Virus record (IMG/VR): IMGVR_UViG_3300034095_001474
Location: 160,001-224,000 of that record
Direction: 5' to 3' (one strand)
Source: a virus
Taxonomy: Duplodnaviria > Caudoviricetes
DNA length: 64,000 nucleotides
Shown here: positions 24,956 through 36,360 of the stretch, in pieces
Layout: every line of letters begins with the position of its first letter
Position numbering within the stretch: position 1 is the stretch's first letter
Notes under the pieces: model-generated
The model's database searches: none
What the model was told of the DNA's origin: nothing
The model's input: the letters and a program-made list of their open reading frames with translations, nothing else
Program-made: the position numbers and the translations under genes

Positions 24956-27121
24956 TTAAAAATCCATTGATAATTCTAGCATAATTGTATTCCCGTTGGT
25001 TAAAGCAACTGGAGTACTTAGTTTTCCAATACATACTAAGTTTTTGTCTGTATCATAGATACCAACCTCACTAATTTTAATATTAGGTGGGTTTGTTGTT
25101 GTATCTGTACTTCTAGTAGAGTTAGTTGTTGCAACGTACTCACTGCTATTAACTTTTATGTCGAAGATTGTTTTGTATATCGTAGCACCAATATAAGTTG
25201 AAAGGTTTCCGTAGAAAAATCTTTCATCACCAAATTGTAATTTTTCTGGTGATACATTTGGTGGTAAGTTCAATAAATCTATTAAATTAAATATTGTTGA
25301 TGCGTTTCCTTTTAAAACATCTAATATAAACCCAGTAGCCAATGGCGATTGATTCTCCAATAATTTAGGGTCAATTGTTTCACCAGCAACACCAGTAATA
25401 GCTGTAGTAGTAAAATCATACTCTTTCCAAGCACCAGCTTCTGGTCTATCCATTGAGTCAGAAACAATTTGATACAATAATTTAAAATTATAAGCATAGA
25501 AACCATAACCATCAGTAGATGTTTCTTTCTTTCTCATGTATGGTAACATATCAGTTTCATTTATTTTAAATGAAACGTCTTTTGGTGACGATGTATTGTT
25601 TGTGATTTTAATATATGATTGACAAGGCAACGCTGAAGTAAATCCAGTTTGACCAATGTTATCCAATGAGTAAGTTAAATACATTGTTTCGTTTGTATTC
25701 AACACACCAGTAGATGTACCACCAGAAGGTGATGATAATGTAGCAGATAATTCTGGTAATGTCCAGTTTCTATTTGATTTGTAAGACATTGCAGCAACTA
25801 TATCGTCATTATGAATAACAACAGTTTTTAATTGTGGATAAACTCTACCAACAACATTTGGTGTTGCACTAGTATTTAAAAATGTTGGGTCTTCGATTAA
25901 TTCAATATATTCAATATCTTGAGTTGTAAGATATGTACTACCAGTAGCAATAAATTTCATACCCATAGTTGTACCACTAGCTGTACCACCATTTCTTCTA
26001 TGATACATTAAATCTGGTAAATTAATACTTAAATTTTTGTTGTTTATAGCATCTGTATAGAAGAATTCACCATATAAGTTTGAAATCGTATTGTTTGTAT
26101 AATGCAATATTGAAATTGATTTTGACACATCATCTAAATAACTTTGTCCAGGTCCAGCACAATTAAACGCCAATGCAGTTTCAGTTGTTGCTGTTGTTTT
26201 ACACAAATACCCTAAATATGGGTTTTTTGTACCTAAATAAGGATAAGAACCATATTTGGTAAAGTCTTCATATAAATTTGTTGTTGTTAAACCAGTAACA
26301 CCAGCCAACGTCTCACACCACACATTATTCATATTCCATACTGGAACATCACTACATGTGATATTGTTCGCTGAATCGAATGATAACGTACCAGAATCCC
26401 AATACGCAGTTGTGTTGTTAGCTCCAAAAGAATCAGCCACTTCACCACCTTTATAAATAAAAATTTGAGAGTACCCAGTCCAACTATTTAAATCTGGTAA
26501 ATTTCTATCAACTGTAAGTGTTGCATCAGTTGGTCCATTAACTGTTATCGCTTCTACTTTATACCATAAATTTTGTAACGGTTTGTCGTTGGTATTTGGT
26601 ATTAAATAATCACCATTTTCAGCACCATGTTTAACCAATACAAAATCACCAACTGTAACAGCTGAATAACTAATACTAAATTGAGTTCCACCAGTGAAAA
26701 TAATAGTGCTAGGGTTTGAATTAAACTGTTGATAAATAATATATTCAGTATCGGTTTTAGTTGTATAACTTGAACCAGATAATTCAAAGAATCCTCTTTC
26801 AGTTGCTTCATTATTTACAACTACTTTAACAACACTCATAACAGAACCATCTACTGGTTTGTAATAATCACCAGTCAAAGATGGATAAATAAATGATTTT
26901 AATTTAGGTTGTCTATCAAAAGGTCTCATTACAACACTAGTTGCTGATAACGTAACGTTTGTAGGGTTAGCATCAACTATCGCTTCTCTTTCGTAATTTA
27001 TTTCTGAATCGCCAATAGCAAAATAAGAAAATGTTAATTTTCCTTGTGACAACATTTCTCTACCAGTTTGAGTCAATTTGATACTTACAAATGGACTAGT
27101 GTTTTTAATTATGTAACTCAT
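24956..27121 (-). CDS. Virion structural protein, paralog of 23752..24954
   Basis: N-terminal KLTQTGREML...GDSEINY; C-terminal ISEVGIYDTDKNLVCIGK. Confidence 0.55.
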   Translation of the reverse strand: MSYIIKNTSPFVSIKLTQTGREMLSQGKLTFSYFAIGDSEINYEREAIVDANPTNVTLSATSVVMRPFDRQPKLKSFIYPSLTGDYYKPVDGSVMSVVKVVVNNEATERGFFELSGSSYTTKTDTEYIIYQQFNSNPSTIIFTGGTQFSISYSAVTVGDFVLVKHGAENGDYLIPNTNDKPLQNLWYKVEAITVNGPTDATLTVDRNLPDLNSWTGYSQIFIYKGGEVADSFGANNTTAYWDSGTLSFDSANNITCSDVPVWNMNNVWCETLAGVTGLTTTNLYEDFTKYGSYPYLGTKNPYLGYLCKTTATTETALAFNCAGPGQSYLDDVSKSISILHYTNNTISNLYGEFFYTDAINNKNLSINLPDLMYHRRNGGTASGTTMGMKFIATGSTYLTTQDIEYIELIEDPTFLNTSATPNVVGRVYPQLKTVVIHNDDIVAAMSYKSNRNWTLPELSATLSSPSGGTSTGVLNTNETMYLTYSLDNIGQTGFTSALPCQSYIKITNNTSSPKDVSFKINETDMLPYMRKKETSTDGYGFYAYNFKLLYQIVSDSMDRPEAGAWKEYDFTTTAITGVAGETIDPKLLENQSPLATGFILDVLKGNASTIFNLIDLLNLPPNVSPEKLQFGDERFFYGNLSTYIGATIYKTIFDIKVNSSEYVATTNSTRSTDTTTNPPNIKISEVGIYDTDKNLVCIGKLSTPVALTNGNTIMLELSMDF

Positions 27122-27178
27122 ATGTTATAAATATGTTTTTATCTTATTTTAGTTATAAATATACAATAGTAAATATTA

Positions 27179-28609
27179 TTAGTATGAATTTATTGCATTT
27201 GATTGTATGACAACTGGAATTATATCGCTATATGCAATAGTAGTTACAATGTCACCACACAAAGTTTCGTAATTTTTTTGGTTCTTTACTCTATAATACA
27301 GCGTTGTACCAATAGTACCAGTTGCTATAAATGAATCAGAATAAAAAACAGATGATGTATTATAAATTGAATATCCAGAGTAATAAAAATTAGTAAAAGT
27401 ATTTGCAGTACTAACTTCCAATGAGAAATATCCGTTATTTTTTTGTGGTAATTCAGTTATTGACCAAGAAACAATTGGTGTATTGGTATTTAATCCGTTT
27501 ACAGTACTATTTGCTGGAAAATAAACTATCGTAATAATATCACCAACAAATATATCACCTTCTAAAATAATTCTTTTAGAATTGGTTGTTGATTGATAAA
27601 AATCCACATTATTTGAAAGTGTAACGCCATTAAGCATTACAATTAAATCATTTATTTGCGATGGTATTACAGAAGTATAAATTTCATATTTACCACTAGT
27701 TGTGTTGAAATATGCTAAATTAGAACCTTGATTATTTGATGTACCACTAACTATTGACGTTACAATATCGATATTATCAGATATTAAATTAGGACCACCA
27801 GAAGATGTGTAAATAAATGTAATTATATCATCATCAACTGTTAAACCATTAAGTGTTACAACATCACCACTATATGAATAATCTAAATTATTTGCCAACA
27901 CCAATCCATTAAGTGTCAACACAAAATTACCAATATTTGGTGGTTTTGGGATATATTGACTACCAGAAACTGGTAAAATTACACTTTGAGTCAATGCATT
28001 TGCTGATGAATCATTCGTACCATTATTTATAAAATTAGGTATTTCAGCTTGTTTTATAGCAACAAAATAATAATCTAAATTTTTATCATAAATACCATAT
28101 TGGTCACCATAAATATAATTGATAGTATCAACACCTTTTCCTAATCTTTTCAAGAAATCTGTACAAGCACTAAATTGGTAAAAACCTTTTATCATATAAT
28201 CACCATCTATTGTTATACCACTAGATGGAATATATTGTGTTGTTGTATTTGTTGCACTAAATGCTGAATATTGTAACGTTTCTGATTTATAAACTGGAAT
28301 ACCATTAAATACATCTAAGATACTATCGTATTTATAAATTTGATATCTAAAGTTGGCTTCGGTATCAATAAAAGTTTGAGTGTTGGCTGTAAAATCAAAC
28401 GTCAAAGGAATAGTTTGAGTATTCGCACTAATAATATATGTAGCACCAGTTACAGTACTACCAGTACAATTTATTTTTGTAGCACCGCTTATATTATATA
28501 AAGGGCTATTAAAAACGCACATATCAGAACTCATATTGAAATTATTAAAATTTCTATTCCTAACTGCCGAATTCTGATTCTGTATGTATATTCTTTCTTG
28601 GTATCTCAT
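27179..28609 (-). CDS. Putative tail/baseplate structural protein
   Basis: T/N/S-rich beta character; duplicated LNG(L/V).L.NN.D(Y/F) motif. Confidence 0.65.
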   Translation of the reverse strand: MRYQERIYIQNQNSAVRNRNFNNFNMSSDMCVFNSPLYNISGATKINCTGSTVTGATYIISANTQTIPLTFDFTANTQTFIDTEANFRYQIYKYDSILDVFNGIPVYKSETLQYSAFSATNTTTQYIPSSGITIDGDYMIKGFYQFSACTDFLKRLGKGVDTINYIYGDQYGIYDKNLDYYFVAIKQAEIPNFINNGTNDSSANALTQSVILPVSGSQYIPKPPNIGNFVLTLNGLVLANNLDYSYSGDVVTLNGLTVDDDIITFIYTSSGGPNLISDNIDIVTSIVSGTSNNQGSNLAYFNTTSGKYEIYTSVIPSQINDLIVMLNGVTLSNNVDFYQSTTNSKRIILEGDIFVGDIITIVYFPANSTVNGLNTNTPIVSWSITELPQKNNGYFSLEVSTANTFTNFYYSGYSIYNTSSVFYSDSFIATGTIGTTLYYRVKNQKNYETLCGDIVTTIAYSDIIPVVIQSNAINSY

Positions 28610-28851
28610 TAGTAACTGATTTCCAATGTTTTTATTTCAATGTTATTTGTATTTACCAACCCAAATTCCATTGGTTTAATTAATTCAGTAGTTTTTTCAA
28701 TTCTAGAGAAATTTTGTAGATACGCAACAAAACCATTAAGATTTATGTAATCTTCTTGTTGTATTTGACCATAAACATTACTAACAAATCTAACGTCACC
28801 GATTACGTTTGTTAATATTTCCCCTTGTACTTTTTTTAATAACTGTGGCAT
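28609..28851 (-). CDS. Hypothetical protein
   Basis: 80 aa; TAATG overlap with the next gene; upstream TATATTTATA. Confidence 0.65.
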   Translation of the reverse strand: MPQLLKKVQGEILTNVIGDVRFVSNVYGQIQQEDYINLNGFVAYLQNFSRIEKTTELIKPMEFGLVNTNNIEIKTLEISY

Positions 28852-28897
28852 ATCTATAAATATAATTTAATTTGTTTAATTTTTATTTTATTTAAAT

Positions 28898-29992
28898 TTA
28901 ATACACCAATATAGTATTATCACTATTAGGTACAGTATTTTTATTTACAGTTTTTAAGTTAGAAATATTTACTTTACCTCTAAATTCAGAACCATTATCC
29001 ATTTGTTTCATATAAACACCAATACATTTTGTTGTTTTTGGTTTAACAATACCATCGGTTGGATAGATTGTAGTTGATAAAACTTCAATATCTGATTGGA
29101 CACCTATATTTTCTTCATTTTTAAAACACGTAAATAAAGTACCTTTTTTATACATGAATTTTTGCTGATGAAACATTGTGTTGCTATATATTTTAGTACT
29201 TCCCCAAATTGTTGTTGCTGGAATTACTTGTTCAATCATATCAACCCAATATGTTCCAACCATATTTGCAAGACCATCCATTTTTCTATAATCATAAGCA
29301 GAACTTTGAACCCCAGTGTAAATAGATGAATTAACATATCTATCATACAATGCTCTAATTGTTGGGTAACCAGATAAAGTTTTTCTATCTTTAACATCAA
29401 TAAGTTCAGTTGTTAAATAATTATCAAATTGTTCATTTGTGGTCATCGATGATAACGATTCAGTCATCAAATCATTGAAATTAACTTTGAAATTATCACC
29501 ACAACATAATGATGAATAAGTACCATCTTCGTTTTCACCACCCATTGGGTGTATTTTCGTAACACATGTGTTTCTTCTTCTATCCCAATAACAATTAGGT
29601 ATGTTTCTGTATGTATAAGTTTGAAAATAAGTTGCAAATCTTTCAGAAGCACATATATAAATAGAATAACTGGATGGGTCAGCACATTCTGGTGTTTGAT
29701 TTTCGCTATAATAAAATGCTGATATTAATTCATTTCTAGTTTCGTCAAATTTATTACTTAATAGACTACAAAATTCTTCAGTAACTTGTGATGTAAAATT
29801 TTGTATTGTATCTGTTGACCCAGTAAAATAATTTGAGTCATAATAAACACCCAATTTACCATCTGGGTTGTTAACAAACACAAAATCTTTCATATAGTAA
29901 TGACTATACCAAGTATCTCTAGTGAATATTTGTAAGTTTGATGTTGCTGAACCTTTTGGAAAGGCAAAATCATATGGGTCGAAAAAATACAT
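28898..29992 (-). CDS. Putative structural protein
   Basis: 364-aa ORF in the baseplate cluster. Confidence 0.7.
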   Translation of the reverse strand: MYFFDPYDFAFPKGSATSNLQIFTRDTWYSHYYMKDFVFVNNPDGKLGVYYDSNYFTGSTDTIQNFTSQVTEEFCSLLSNKFDETRNELISAFYYSENQTPECADPSSYSIYICASERFATYFQTYTYRNIPNCYWDRRRNTCVTKIHPMGGENEDGTYSSLCCGDNFKVNFNDLMTESLSSMTTNEQFDNYLTTELIDVKDRKTLSGYPTIRALYDRYVNSSIYTGVQSSAYDYRKMDGLANMVGTYWVDMIEQVIPATTIWGSTKIYSNTMFHQQKFMYKKGTLFTCFKNEENIGVQSDIEVLSTTIYPTDGIVKPKTTKCIGVYMKQMDNGSEFRGKVNISNLKTVNKNTVPNSDNTILVY

Positions 29993-30021
29993 ATATTTAT
30001 TTTATTATTATTTTTATATTA

Positions 30022-33000
30022 TTAACAATTAGTACAATTATTTAAAGCGTAATCTAAATCTTCTTGTATTTGACCTAGAATAGTTGTTTTAAATGTATTA
30101 ATACTATTTAATGCTGTTGTTATGTTAAATGTTTGTGTTGACGCTGACGTTGGACAAACAATCGGTAATGTTCTATCTTTTAAATTAAAATCGTTATTCG
30201 TTACATGGTAAACTTCGTTAGTGTTATCATTAACAACATCAAAATGAACATAATAATTTTCATCAAATTCCCAATTTCTATCAATACCGTTATCACTGGC
30301 ACCAGCTAATGGTAATGTGCTAGTACTACCAGAAATATAAGTACCAAACTCACTACTGCTACATTGATTTGTATAATCCCATTGTGATGCATTTATATCC
30401 CAATAAGCACTATTAGGGTCTGTTATACCAACATATACTTTAACCCTAGCTAAACCTACACCAGTCGTGCTTCTAAAAGGACATGTTGATGTTGGGTCAT
30501 TAAGAACATATTCTTCTTTGAAAACAATATCACCATTTTGACTACCTTTTCTTACAGTTGTTGTTACTTTAATCGGAATATAACCACTAGTTTCATCTGG
30601 AGTCAAATTGGTAGCTGGGTCTATTATATAAATAAAATATTCTGGTGTTCTTTCTAATAATTTTGTTTCATTTGCTAATTTTTTGTTAGTATCACTATGA
30701 ACTCTATTTAATTGTGATATATCAACACTAATATTTGGCCAAGTAAAATCAAAACCACTACAAGCAGTTGTACCACTGTTTCTTAAATAAACATCCACAA
30801 CACATTGTGGTGTTTCACCTATAGGGTTACCTCCATAATTTGTCCAGAAATTCAATGATGTAATAGGATAATGCATACTAAATTGTTCTGGAACAACTTC
30901 TTTAAACATATTTGTCATACATTTACCCTTTATTGAATCCCATTCTATATAAAAACTATCTTCAACTGGGTTAACCCATTCATTGTGTGCTGTATTATTA
31001 TTTGTTTGGTAATGAAAAGACATCATTTGAATCCATGTAGTATAATTAGTTGGCATCAATATTTTACAGAAAAATGATGCTTTTTCTGGTGTATACGGTG
31101 GAACAAGACCACCGTATATCGCATCATCTTCTTGTACGAAACTAGTAATATCAATCCATGTTTTATTTCGTGGAGCATAATCTGAATTAGCCCAATAAAC
31201 TTTAAGTTCTTTTGTTGGTGATTCAACAAAATACATATATCCACCTTCAGCTATTACTTTTAAAATCCTACCACTTTTTGTGTTAAACATCATCGGTGCT
31301 AATTTCTCATGTAAAGAAAAAGTTTTACTAACATATTCGTCTATTTCATCACCAGATATTAACTCCTCATCAATTGTTAACCCCTCAATAAAACCACCAC
31401 CAGAAGCCAGATTAAATTCATCCAAAGCTTTTATCCATGCAGCTCTAGTATCTCTATAAATCATCATAGCGTCATCAGATGGATTTGGGTGATAAATAGC
31501 ATCTTTCAAATCCAAATATGGTGCAGTAGCTAACATAAATTCATTCCAAGACTTTAACCATGCATCTCTTACTGCTCTAGAATTTGTTAATAAATCTTCT
31601 GGGTCTAGAGGTGATGGTATAAGACCACTAGTAAGTGCATCTTCATAACTAATTATCTCAAAAACATCTTCATAAGATTCTAATAAACATTCACAATCAA
31701 TTGAAGGAACTGAATCTAAAAGACCTAAATTATCATTTATATAGCATTGTACATCATTTTCTATAGCACTTGCTATGTTGATATCCAAATCAATTTCTTT
31801 GGTGTTTATAACCAATCTTTCATCATTAACGTCATAATTAGTTTTCCTAATCATGTTTTGACCAACATTATTTGAAATATCAAAATCTCTGTTTACACGT
31901 GTTATGTTTTTAAGCCATGATTTTTTGTTATCAATAATTTTTTCTAAATGAAAACCTGGTGATTCATTAATAAATACAGATTGACCATTTCCATCAATAC
32001 ACGTTTTATTTAATTTAATGTTATCTATATAGATACAAACATTAGAACACGTATTATTTATTTTTAAAGATAATTTTATCTTTTTATTCGCTATTTGAGC
32101 TATAATATTTACGTCATCAATTGTTAATTTGTAATTTAACCAATTTGAAGCAAAAATACTATTAGATAAACTAGACTTAAATGTTTCTAAATCAGTAGCA
32201 GTATCAGTTAAACCAGATTGTTTTTTTAATTCAGTTAAAAATGAATCTTTAACTATTTTACATGGTTCAACATTTGTATAAGTTGTTGCATAATCTTCTA
32301 AATCAAAACTAAACGGTACTGTTGGTCCAGTTAATTCATTACCATAATTAAGTGCTGTACACCCAGTAAGACTATCGCTACCACAAATATAAAAACCACT
32401 GTCATATGGATGTTGTCTTAAATAATCATATAAATTATCGGTACCAATAGCTGCGAATAATTCAGAGTCATATATTGTTGTTAAAGTACCATCTGAATTT
32501 ATAACCTCTAACATAACGGAAACATCTAAAGTTTCTAATGCTGCTGTTGGTGTTGAACACGATGTAGGTACATTTTCTTGTGAATTCAAAGTATTTAATT
32601 CAGCTTCTAAGACAGCAATATTAGCTTGACATTCTTTTTGGTTTTCAACCAATATATCTATCTCAAGTTTTAATTTACTTTTATAACCAAAAGGTATTGT
32701 ACATTCAGTAAGAATTAATGGACTATTATTACTATTTAATTGATTATTTATTGTTAATAACGCAGTAACATCTTCACATGTGTATGAATTTACATCACCA
32801 TCTAAAAATCTTTTATACCTAGCTGGACCTAAAATATTTTGCCATTGGATTAAACCACCATTCTCTTCATTTATACAATAATTTACATTTGGTTTAGTAG
32901 CAGCGGCTTTTGACCCATAAGCAAAAGGTACCGTAGTAGGACACGCTACAATTGAATAACTGGTACTAATAAATTCTTTAGATTTTATATCTATTTTAGA

Positions 33001-33624
33001 GCTTATTTGAGAACAATCTACTTTAGCTTTTGCAATAGTGTTTTCAAGTCTTAAAATTTCAGTTGCTAAGTTAGGGTTACCATTTGTTGTTATAGTTGGA
33101 TTTAGTATATCAGCCAAATTTTGACAATCCATTTTAAATAAATAATCAAAATCTACTTCTAAACTACATTCTTTATCTCCATTACCAACATTAAACATGG
33201 CACCATCATCGTTAACAGCGTTCAATACAACTTTAAATGAATCCAACACACATGTTTCTGCTTGTTGTTTCCATCTACATTTTTGACTATCATTATCCCA
33301 ATAAATTGCTGCTGTGTCAACACCAGAAAATAAATTTAATTTAGAGTTTGCTGATTGAATAACAAATGGTGTTCTAACTTTACAACAATAAGCACCCATT
33401 TCTACTGGGTATTTATTTCTTCCATCAAAACCAAAAAAACTTATTGTACCATCATTATTTAATACTAGAGATGATTGTGTTGGTGTATAACCATCTATTG
33501 AACCGTATTGTTGGTAGTAGTTATTGTAGCTAACTTTGTAATCAGTAAATATAGATTTTAATACTTGGTCACCTAATTTTTTACAAGTATCACCAAAATT
33601 ATCTAAATCGAAAAAATATGCCAT
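30022..33624 (-). CDS. Large putative structural protein, Cys-rich with a coiled coil
   Basis: 1200-aa ORF in the baseplate cluster. Confidence 0.75.
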   Translation of the reverse strand: MAYFFDLDNFGDTCKKLGDQVLKSIFTDYKVSYNNYYQQYGSIDGYTPTQSSLVLNNDGTISFFGFDGRNKYPVEMGAYCCKVRTPFVIQSANSKLNLFSGVDTAAIYWDNDSQKCRWKQQAETCVLDSFKVVLNAVNDDGAMFNVGNGDKECSLEVDFDYLFKMDCQNLADILNPTITTNGNPNLATEILRLENTIAKAKVDCSQISSKIDIKSKEFISTSYSIVACPTTVPFAYGSKAAATKPNVNYCINEENGGLIQWQNILGPARYKRFLDGDVNSYTCEDVTALLTINNQLNSNNSPLILTECTIPFGYKSKLKLEIDILVENQKECQANIAVLEAELNTLNSQENVPTSCSTPTAALETLDVSVMLEVINSDGTLTTIYDSELFAAIGTDNLYDYLRQHPYDSGFYICGSDSLTGCTALNYGNELTGPTVPFSFDLEDYATTYTNVEPCKIVKDSFLTELKKQSGLTDTATDLETFKSSLSNSIFASNWLNYKLTIDDVNIIAQIANKKIKLSLKINNTCSNVCIYIDNIKLNKTCIDGNGQSVFINESPGFHLEKIIDNKKSWLKNITRVNRDFDISNNVGQNMIRKTNYDVNDERLVINTKEIDLDINIASAIENDVQCYINDNLGLLDSVPSIDCECLLESYEDVFEIISYEDALTSGLIPSPLDPEDLLTNSRAVRDAWLKSWNEFMLATAPYLDLKDAIYHPNPSDDAMMIYRDTRAAWIKALDEFNLASGGGFIEGLTIDEELISGDEIDEYVSKTFSLHEKLAPMMFNTKSGRILKVIAEGGYMYFVESPTKELKVYWANSDYAPRNKTWIDITSFVQEDDAIYGGLVPPYTPEKASFFCKILMPTNYTTWIQMMSFHYQTNNNTAHNEWVNPVEDSFYIEWDSIKGKCMTNMFKEVVPEQFSMHYPITSLNFWTNYGGNPIGETPQCVVDVYLRNSGTTACSGFDFTWPNISVDISQLNRVHSDTNKKLANETKLLERTPEYFIYIIDPATNLTPDETSGYIPIKVTTTVRKGSQNGDIVFKEEYVLNDPTSTCPFRSTTGVGLARVKVYVGITDPNSAYWDINASQWDYTNQCSSSEFGTYISGSTSTLPLAGASDNGIDRNWEFDENYYVHFDVVNDNTNEVYHVTNNDFNLKDRTLPIVCPTSASTQTFNITTALNSINTFKTTILGQIQEDLDYALNNCTNC

Positions 33625-33655
33625 ATGTTTTATTTATAATTATCTTTAATTTTTT

Positions 33656-36352
33656 TTATTCGTATAAACTTTTAATTTGTTTAGGTGCTACACAACAACC
33701 CAAAGAACCTTTTTGTCTAGAAGCAAAAATTTTACGTAAAGTACTACTTTCACCTTTAAACACATCACTCATACCTAAAGCGGTTAATTTACAACCAAAA
33801 CCTATTTCACCAGTAAAAGGGTCTTTAACACTATTTACTGGTATTGTATAATTAGGTATACAGTTTGAACCATCTGGTGTTACAACAGCACTTTCCCCAG
33901 TGCCATAGAACATTTTAAATTGTAAAAAGTAATTACCAGAGTTTTCTGGAATTTGTATTGGTTCTAAATCTTGTTGATAACTAGTACCATCTGGGTTTTG
34001 AACTAATTTAGTTAGACTCCATTTACAAGCTATATTACAACCGCATTTTTTTGTTGTACAACAAACATAACCACTAGTTCTAATAGCCTTATTATTTGAT
34101 ACAGCCCCATCACGTTCTGAATCCATATATACGGATTTACCTCCCAATGATTTACAACATTCTTTATCTAAAAACGATGTTTGTTTAAGACCAATTATTT
34201 CATTTTGTTGATTATAAGTATTCATACTAACAACATGGAAGCCAGTACTACCATCTATGTATCTAGTACCCCCACCTAAATTTGAGCATGGTGTTGGTTT
34301 AGGTTTTCCCTTCTCAATACATACACTCAAAATATCATCTTCACCTTCACATGGACAATTACAAGGTGTCAGTGTTTGTTGAGGCATTGGGTCTTTTATA
34401 ATTTCAGATTTATAAACAACGCAATCACCAATATCAGTATTATCAATTCCAACTACATCAACATATGTGTTACCTTCGTAATTGGTAATAACACCTTGAG
34501 CGTAATTTGAAAATATATTTTCAGTACTAGTTAAATCTTCGCCAATACTTATAGTTACAGCTGAGAAATTAGGTATAAGTTTTCTAAATTGGTTAATGTA
34601 TTTATAACCACCATCATAACGACCAACGTGTGGGTTATTTCCAGTAAGAATATCTATTGTTGAACCACTACCACCAGTTTCTCTGTACCATAAACCATTG
34701 TTTTGGAAGTACATATCTGGTGTGTCAGCTAATGTTTTAGGAAACCCATCTGAATCTATCGGATATAGAGTTAAATCTGTATCTAAACCATTTTGGTCTA
34801 ATATTTCTATAAATAAATCAATATCTAATGGAGCATTAGCTCTATAAATATATTCATTAAATGTTATCAATCCTTTAGGAATGTTCATAAAATTAATCAA
34901 AAATTCTATAGATTTTCTAGCACCTTTTGATTTCCAAATCCATGGTGAATTTAAAATAAGTCTTCTCCATAATTCAATATCTGCTTCAATTGGTGTTAAA
35001 CCAACTGATTGACCAGAATATGTTGATTCTGAATTTGTTACAAAGTTATGTAACAAATTATCACCAACTAATGTTGCTGCTAATTCCCAACCCAATATTT
35101 TAGCTAAATCTTTTAAATATTTATCTGGTACATTGTCTTGTTTATCATATGATACTGTGTGTGCAAAAGATATACCTTCAATGAATTGATTTATATCGTC
35201 AAATGACCTACCATATATATTAAGTAGTTTATTAACTTTTTGACCAGTTGTTGTATCTTGGTGTTCTGGTGCTAAATATACTGGAACAGTATCAAACGCT
35301 GAAATTGATTCAGACACCAAAAATCTATTCATTAAATTTGTTTCATTCAAATCATAGTTTGTTGCAATATCTAATAAATCTGTTGCGTATTTAGTATATT
35401 TATCTGTATCAAAATCAATATTATAATTATCAGTTGATGGCCATGTTAAAGACTTTTCAGTATACATTATAATACCTTCATCACTTCTAGTTGGATAATT
35501 AAATGTTGCAACATAAAGAGGTATTGATTGTCTGTTAAGTAGATTCTTACCTAGACCAGTTAAACCATTAAAAAATGTATTTTCAATAACTTTTTTAGGT
35601 TTTATATGGTAGTAAGTATTTGCCGCACTAGTTCCACCAGTAAATGGATTTCCTTTTACTCTGAAATAAATATAATCATTTGATTCATATGTTGACCCAG
35701 TAAAATTCAACACATCATATTCTATATTATTATTAAAAATCGCATAAGAAGCATAATTCATTGTTATGTTTCTTAAATCATTTGTTTCATTAAATGTATC
35801 GATAATAGTACCATTTGTTAAATAATTTATTTGATATTGATTAACCAAAAAATTTGTATTTACTTTAAAAGTACTCTCATTAATTATGTAGTTGTAAGTG
35901 TAATCTTCATATGTATAACCAATTAAATCATTACCGTTAAAGTTAATAAATGGTGTTGCATATAAAGATGCTGGCCATTTAGTTATTATTTCTTCTAACG
36001 TTATCCTTATATATTCAGTCATTGAACCAAATAAAGCATAATTTTTTAATTTAGTTGAATCTAAATTTAAAACAGTATTTATGTTATTTTTTAATAATAT
36101 TTCTGATTCTAAAACAGTTAATTCTAAATTATCTAGAGTAACAAAATTAGAAAATTTACCAGTAGTATAGTTTTTATCAACTTTTGGGTCCATGTTAGTG
36201 GTAATCGCAAAATTACCCATAGTAAATAATGGTGTACCACCATGACTGGCTAATTGTACACCTACTAAATCTGGACTAAAATTTCTATATTCAATATTAC
36301 CATCATATGTAGTTTTTTTTGAATACCCAGCTACTTTTATTTTATTTGCCAT
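33656..36352 (-). CDS. Baseplate wedge protein containing a P2 gpI/T4 gp7-like module
   Basis: DNVPDKYLKDLAKILGWE...RRLILNSPWIWKSKGARKSIEFL; Cys-rich C-terminus. Confidence 0.55.
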   Translation of the reverse strand: MANKIKVAGYSKKTTYDGNIEYRNFSPDLVGVQLASHGGTPLFTMGNFAITTNMDPKVDKNYTTGKFSNFVTLDNLELTVLESEILLKNNINTVLNLDSTKLKNYALFGSMTEYIRITLEEIITKWPASLYATPFINFNGNDLIGYTYEDYTYNYIINESTFKVNTNFLVNQYQINYLTNGTIIDTFNETNDLRNITMNYASYAIFNNNIEYDVLNFTGSTYESNDYIYFRVKGNPFTGGTSAANTYYHIKPKKVIENTFFNGLTGLGKNLLNRQSIPLYVATFNYPTRSDEGIIMYTEKSLTWPSTDNYNIDFDTDKYTKYATDLLDIATNYDLNETNLMNRFLVSESISAFDTVPVYLAPEHQDTTTGQKVNKLLNIYGRSFDDINQFIEGISFAHTVSYDKQDNVPDKYLKDLAKILGWELAATLVGDNLLHNFVTNSESTYSGQSVGLTPIEADIELWRRLILNSPWIWKSKGARKSIEFLINFMNIPKGLITFNEYIYRANAPLDIDLFIEILDQNGLDTDLTLYPIDSDGFPKTLADTPDMYFQNNGLWYRETGGSGSTIDILTGNNPHVGRYDGGYKYINQFRKLIPNFSAVTISIGEDLTSTENIFSNYAQGVITNYEGNTYVDVVGIDNTDIGDCVVYKSEIIKDPMPQQTLTPCNCPCEGEDDILSVCIEKGKPKPTPCSNLGGGTRYIDGSTGFHVVSMNTYNQQNEIIGLKQTSFLDKECCKSLGGKSVYMDSERDGAVSNNKAIRTSGYVCCTTKKCGCNIACKWSLTKLVQNPDGTSYQQDLEPIQIPENSGNYFLQFKMFYGTGESAVVTPDGSNCIPNYTIPVNSVKDPFTGEIGFGCKLTALGMSDVFKGESSTLRKIFASRQKGSLGCCVAPKQIKSLYE

Positions 36353-36360
36353 CTTATATA

